This document shows positions 62,298 to 64,000 of a stretch of DNA of 64,000 nt, piece after piece. The stretch is from Myxococcales bacterium (GTDB taxonomy: Bacteria; Myxococcota_A; UBA9160; UBA4427): assembly GCA_014240165.1 (NCBI GenBank), contig JAAZXM010000017.1, forward strand, positions 2,381 to 66,380. The letters run 5' to 3'. The translations under genes and the position numbers were made by a program. The notes under the pieces were generated by a model. The model saw only the letters and a program-made list of their open reading frames with translations. It did not search any database and was not told the origin of the DNA. Each line of letters starts with the position of its first letter. Position 1 is the first letter of the stretch.

Positions 62298-64000
62298 CGG
62301 GTTCAGCTAAGTCCACCCTCGTGTTGCTCCCCCTGGTGGCGGCGACCCTGGTGGCGTTGGGGTCCGCCTCCCTCGATGAACGGCCCTTGCGCTCGCCGTG
62401 CTGGACCCTACCCAGCGGCTACGTCATGACGCTTCCCACCTCGACGTGTCCCCTTCAGCTCCTCGATCGCGTGCGCTGGGTGGCGGGCCGCGATGGCCAG
62501 CGCAGGCCGCTGACGGCTTCGGGAGAAATCGCCGGGGTGGAGGCGCTGCCCGGCCCCGAGGTCACGGCGGGGATCGTGCGGCGGGGCCAGGAGCGTGTGG
62601 TCGAACTCGAACTGCTGGACAATCCGCCCCTGGGCCGCGCCACCCGCATCGCCACGGCGGCGTTGATCGCTGGGGGGCTCATGATCCTGCCGCTGCTCCT
62701 GCTGCGCTACTCGCGCTCCCGCGCCGCCATGCCCCTGGCGGTTTTCTACTCCGCCATGGGGGTGGTGGTGATCGCTTCGTGGAGTGGCCAGGCCTCGGTC
62801 TTGCTCAGCGCGGCGGCGATCGCGGCCCTGGTGGTGGCCCCCGCTGCAGTGGCCCAGATCGGCATGGTCTTCCCCTCCAGGTCCAGCTTCATCCGCTACG
62901 CGCCGCGGCTTTACTCCGCCCCATACGCGGTCTCGGGCCTGCTGGGCATCGTTGCGCTCTTCGCCCTGGGCCGCGCCCCGGTTCTCTGGCCCACCTTCGT
63001 CTACATGCTGCTCGGGCTCTCGGTCACGGCGTGGCTCGTGATGCTTGCCTCGTGTGGTTTCGAATTGCGCGAATCCGCTTCGCCCACCGATCGCTCCCGG
63101 GCGGGTTTCGTCCTGGCGGCAAGCCTTTCGCTGCCGGCCCTGGTGACGGCCCCCCTGGCCTGGGGGAGCGGGCCGGCGGCGGCGGCGGCGATGTACCTCT
63201 GGAGTTGGACGCTCCTGCTTCCGGTGCCCATCGGCTTCGCGATCAGCCGCTTCAACCTCTTCGACGTGGGCTGGCACGTGCGCCGGGGCAGCGCCCGGGC
63301 GCTCTATTTCGTCTCCACTGCGGCGGTGGTCTCGGGCCTGATCTACGGGGTGAACGCGTTCACCGGCGGGCCGGGAACCGAGGCGGATTTTGGTTTGCTC
63401 TTTCTGGCGGCGTTCGGCTGCCTTGTCGCAGGCGAGGCGCTCCGCAAGCCGCTCTTCGGTTTCATCGAAGCGGCGCTCTCGCCCAGAGGCGAGGAACTCC
63501 GGCGACTGCGCGATCGCTGCGCGGAAGAGCTGGCCAAGCTGCGCGGCGAAGACGAAATCGGCCGCCGGGCGCTGCAGGTCTCCGCCGAGGGCACCTCGGC
63601 CCGGGCGGGCTGGGTCTGCCTCGAGCAGGGCGGCGTCTGGGCTGCCGTCCAGTCCACGGGGGCCATGGCCCCGCCCTCGCGAGAAGTCGCCCTTGAGGCG
63701 GCCGAGCACGTCGCCGGTCGGCCAGTGGCCTATCTCGAAACCGAGGAGCGCTCCCCGACCCGGGCTCGCTTGCTCGCCGCGGGCATCCATGTGGTCGTGC
63801 CCATCAGCCACGGCGACGATCGCATCGGGCTGGTGCTGCTGGGCCTGGATGAATCGAGGGCCGCTCTATCGGGCTTCGAACTCGACTTCCTGGCCGCTGT
63901 GGCTTCCCAGGCCGCCATCGCGATTCACAACTCGCGGCTGGCCGACGAGCGCGCCGCCGTCGAGCGCGACTCCGCCACCGCCCGGGTGGCCATGGATCTC
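62294..64000 (+). CDS. Multi-TM sensor protein with GAF domain (probable sensor kinase N-terminal part; open at window end)
   Basis: TTG at 62294 overlaps the upstream TGA (TTGA). The frame (phase of 62294) stays open with no stop for all 569 codons to 64000, has strong GC3, about 8 TM helices, and a GAF-like end ...IHVVVPISHGDDRIGLVLLGLDESRAALSGFELDFLAAVASQAAIAIHNSRL. It is absent from the ORF track because it has no stop inside the window. Confidence 0.75.
   Translation, partial: MTGSAKSTLVLLPLVAATLVALGSASLDERPLRSPCWTLPSGYVMTLPTSTCPLQLLDRVRWVAGRDGQRRPLTASGEIAGVEALPGPEVTAGIVRRGQERVVELELLDNPPLGRATRIATAALIAGGLMILPLLLLRYSRSRAAMPLAVFYSAMGVVVIASWSGQASVLLSAAAIAALVVAPAAVAQIGMVFPSRSSFIRYAPRLYSAPYAVSGLLGIVALFALGRAPVLWPTFVYMLLGLSVTAWLVMLASCGFELRESASPTDRSRAGFVLAASLSLPALVTAPLAWGSGPAAAAAMYLWSWTLLLPVPIGFAISRFNLFDVGWHVRRGSARALYFVSTAAVVSGLIYGVNAFTGGPGTEADFGLLFLAAFGCLVAGEALRKPLFGFIEAALSPRGEELRRLRDRCAEELAKLRGEDEIGRRALQVSAEGTSARAGWVCLEQGGVWAAVQSTGAMAPPSREVALEAAEHVAGRPVAYLETEERSPTRARLLAAGIHVVVPISHGDDRIGLVLLGLDESRAALSGFELDFLAAVASQAAIAIHNSRLADERAAVERDSATARVAMDL

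Noticed and set aside
62398-63811. 432-aa + strand ORF (62398-63696) and 467-aa - strand ORF (62408-63811)
   Set aside because: Both are Arg/Gly/Pro/His-rich with no hydrophobic structure. The third + frame (from 62294) is open to the window end with strong GC3, TM helices and a GAF-like domain, and it is the real gene.

Overview
This is a GC-rich chromosomal segment (by eye about 60-65% G+C, strong GC3 bias) from a diderm bacterium. It is densely coding, with about 45 genes, mostly cell-envelope functions. All family calls come from reading motifs by eye; no database was searched, and start codons are approximate. The ORF track uses the longest ATG/GTG/TTG ORF, so many N-termini are over-extended.

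Gene content, left to right:
- BI-1/YccA membrane protein, ETF-ubiquinone oxidoreductase, O-antigen-ligase-like protein, short autotransporter-type barrel, lipoprotein hydrolase.
- An AhpD/CMD-family gene interrupted by an in-frame UGA, and a SnoaL-like protein.
- A type IV pilus minor-pilin operon (fimT/U-like, pilV, pilW, pilX, pilY1) with two extra translationally coupled secreted proteins.
- A hydrolase, a cytochrome P450, ribokinase and a TPR-fused GT-C-like membrane protein.
- A seven-gene minus-strand envelope locus: PrsT-like TPR lipoprotein, Thr-type sulfatase-fold enzyme, and two paralogous TonB-dependent receptors bracketing three unknown exported proteins. A PEP-CTERM protein is encoded divergently next to it.
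- A PDZ protein and a fused membrane/spermidine-synthase protein.
- A glycan-modification cluster: WecE-like aminotransferase, WecD-like acetyltransferase, ArnC/GtrB-like GT2 and three large polytopic membrane proteins.
- A lipoprotein whose FGE-sulfatase (C-type lectin-like) domain is split by a Cys-rich region and a beta-propeller insert.
- An RND efflux pair with a co-transcribed K+ channel, then a spermidine-synthase-like methyltransferase, YaiI and an MBL hydrolase.
- An operon of a degenerate NtrC-like response regulator, two tandem RND-superfamily exporters, and an open-ended multi-TM/GAF sensor gene that the ORF track does not list.

I saw no rRNA, tRNA, CRISPR array, transposase or integrase.

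Most interesting observations:
- A probable CxxU selenoprotein with a SECIS-like hairpin.
- The PEP-CTERM-linked double-TonB-receptor locus of unknown function.
- The Und-P-aminosugar / multi-GT-C cluster.
- The split FGE-domain propeller lipoprotein with atypical codon usage.
- The GAFTGA-less regulator.
- A 385-nt gene-conversion tract between the tandem exporters.
- Several short perfect tandem repeats in intergenic DNA.
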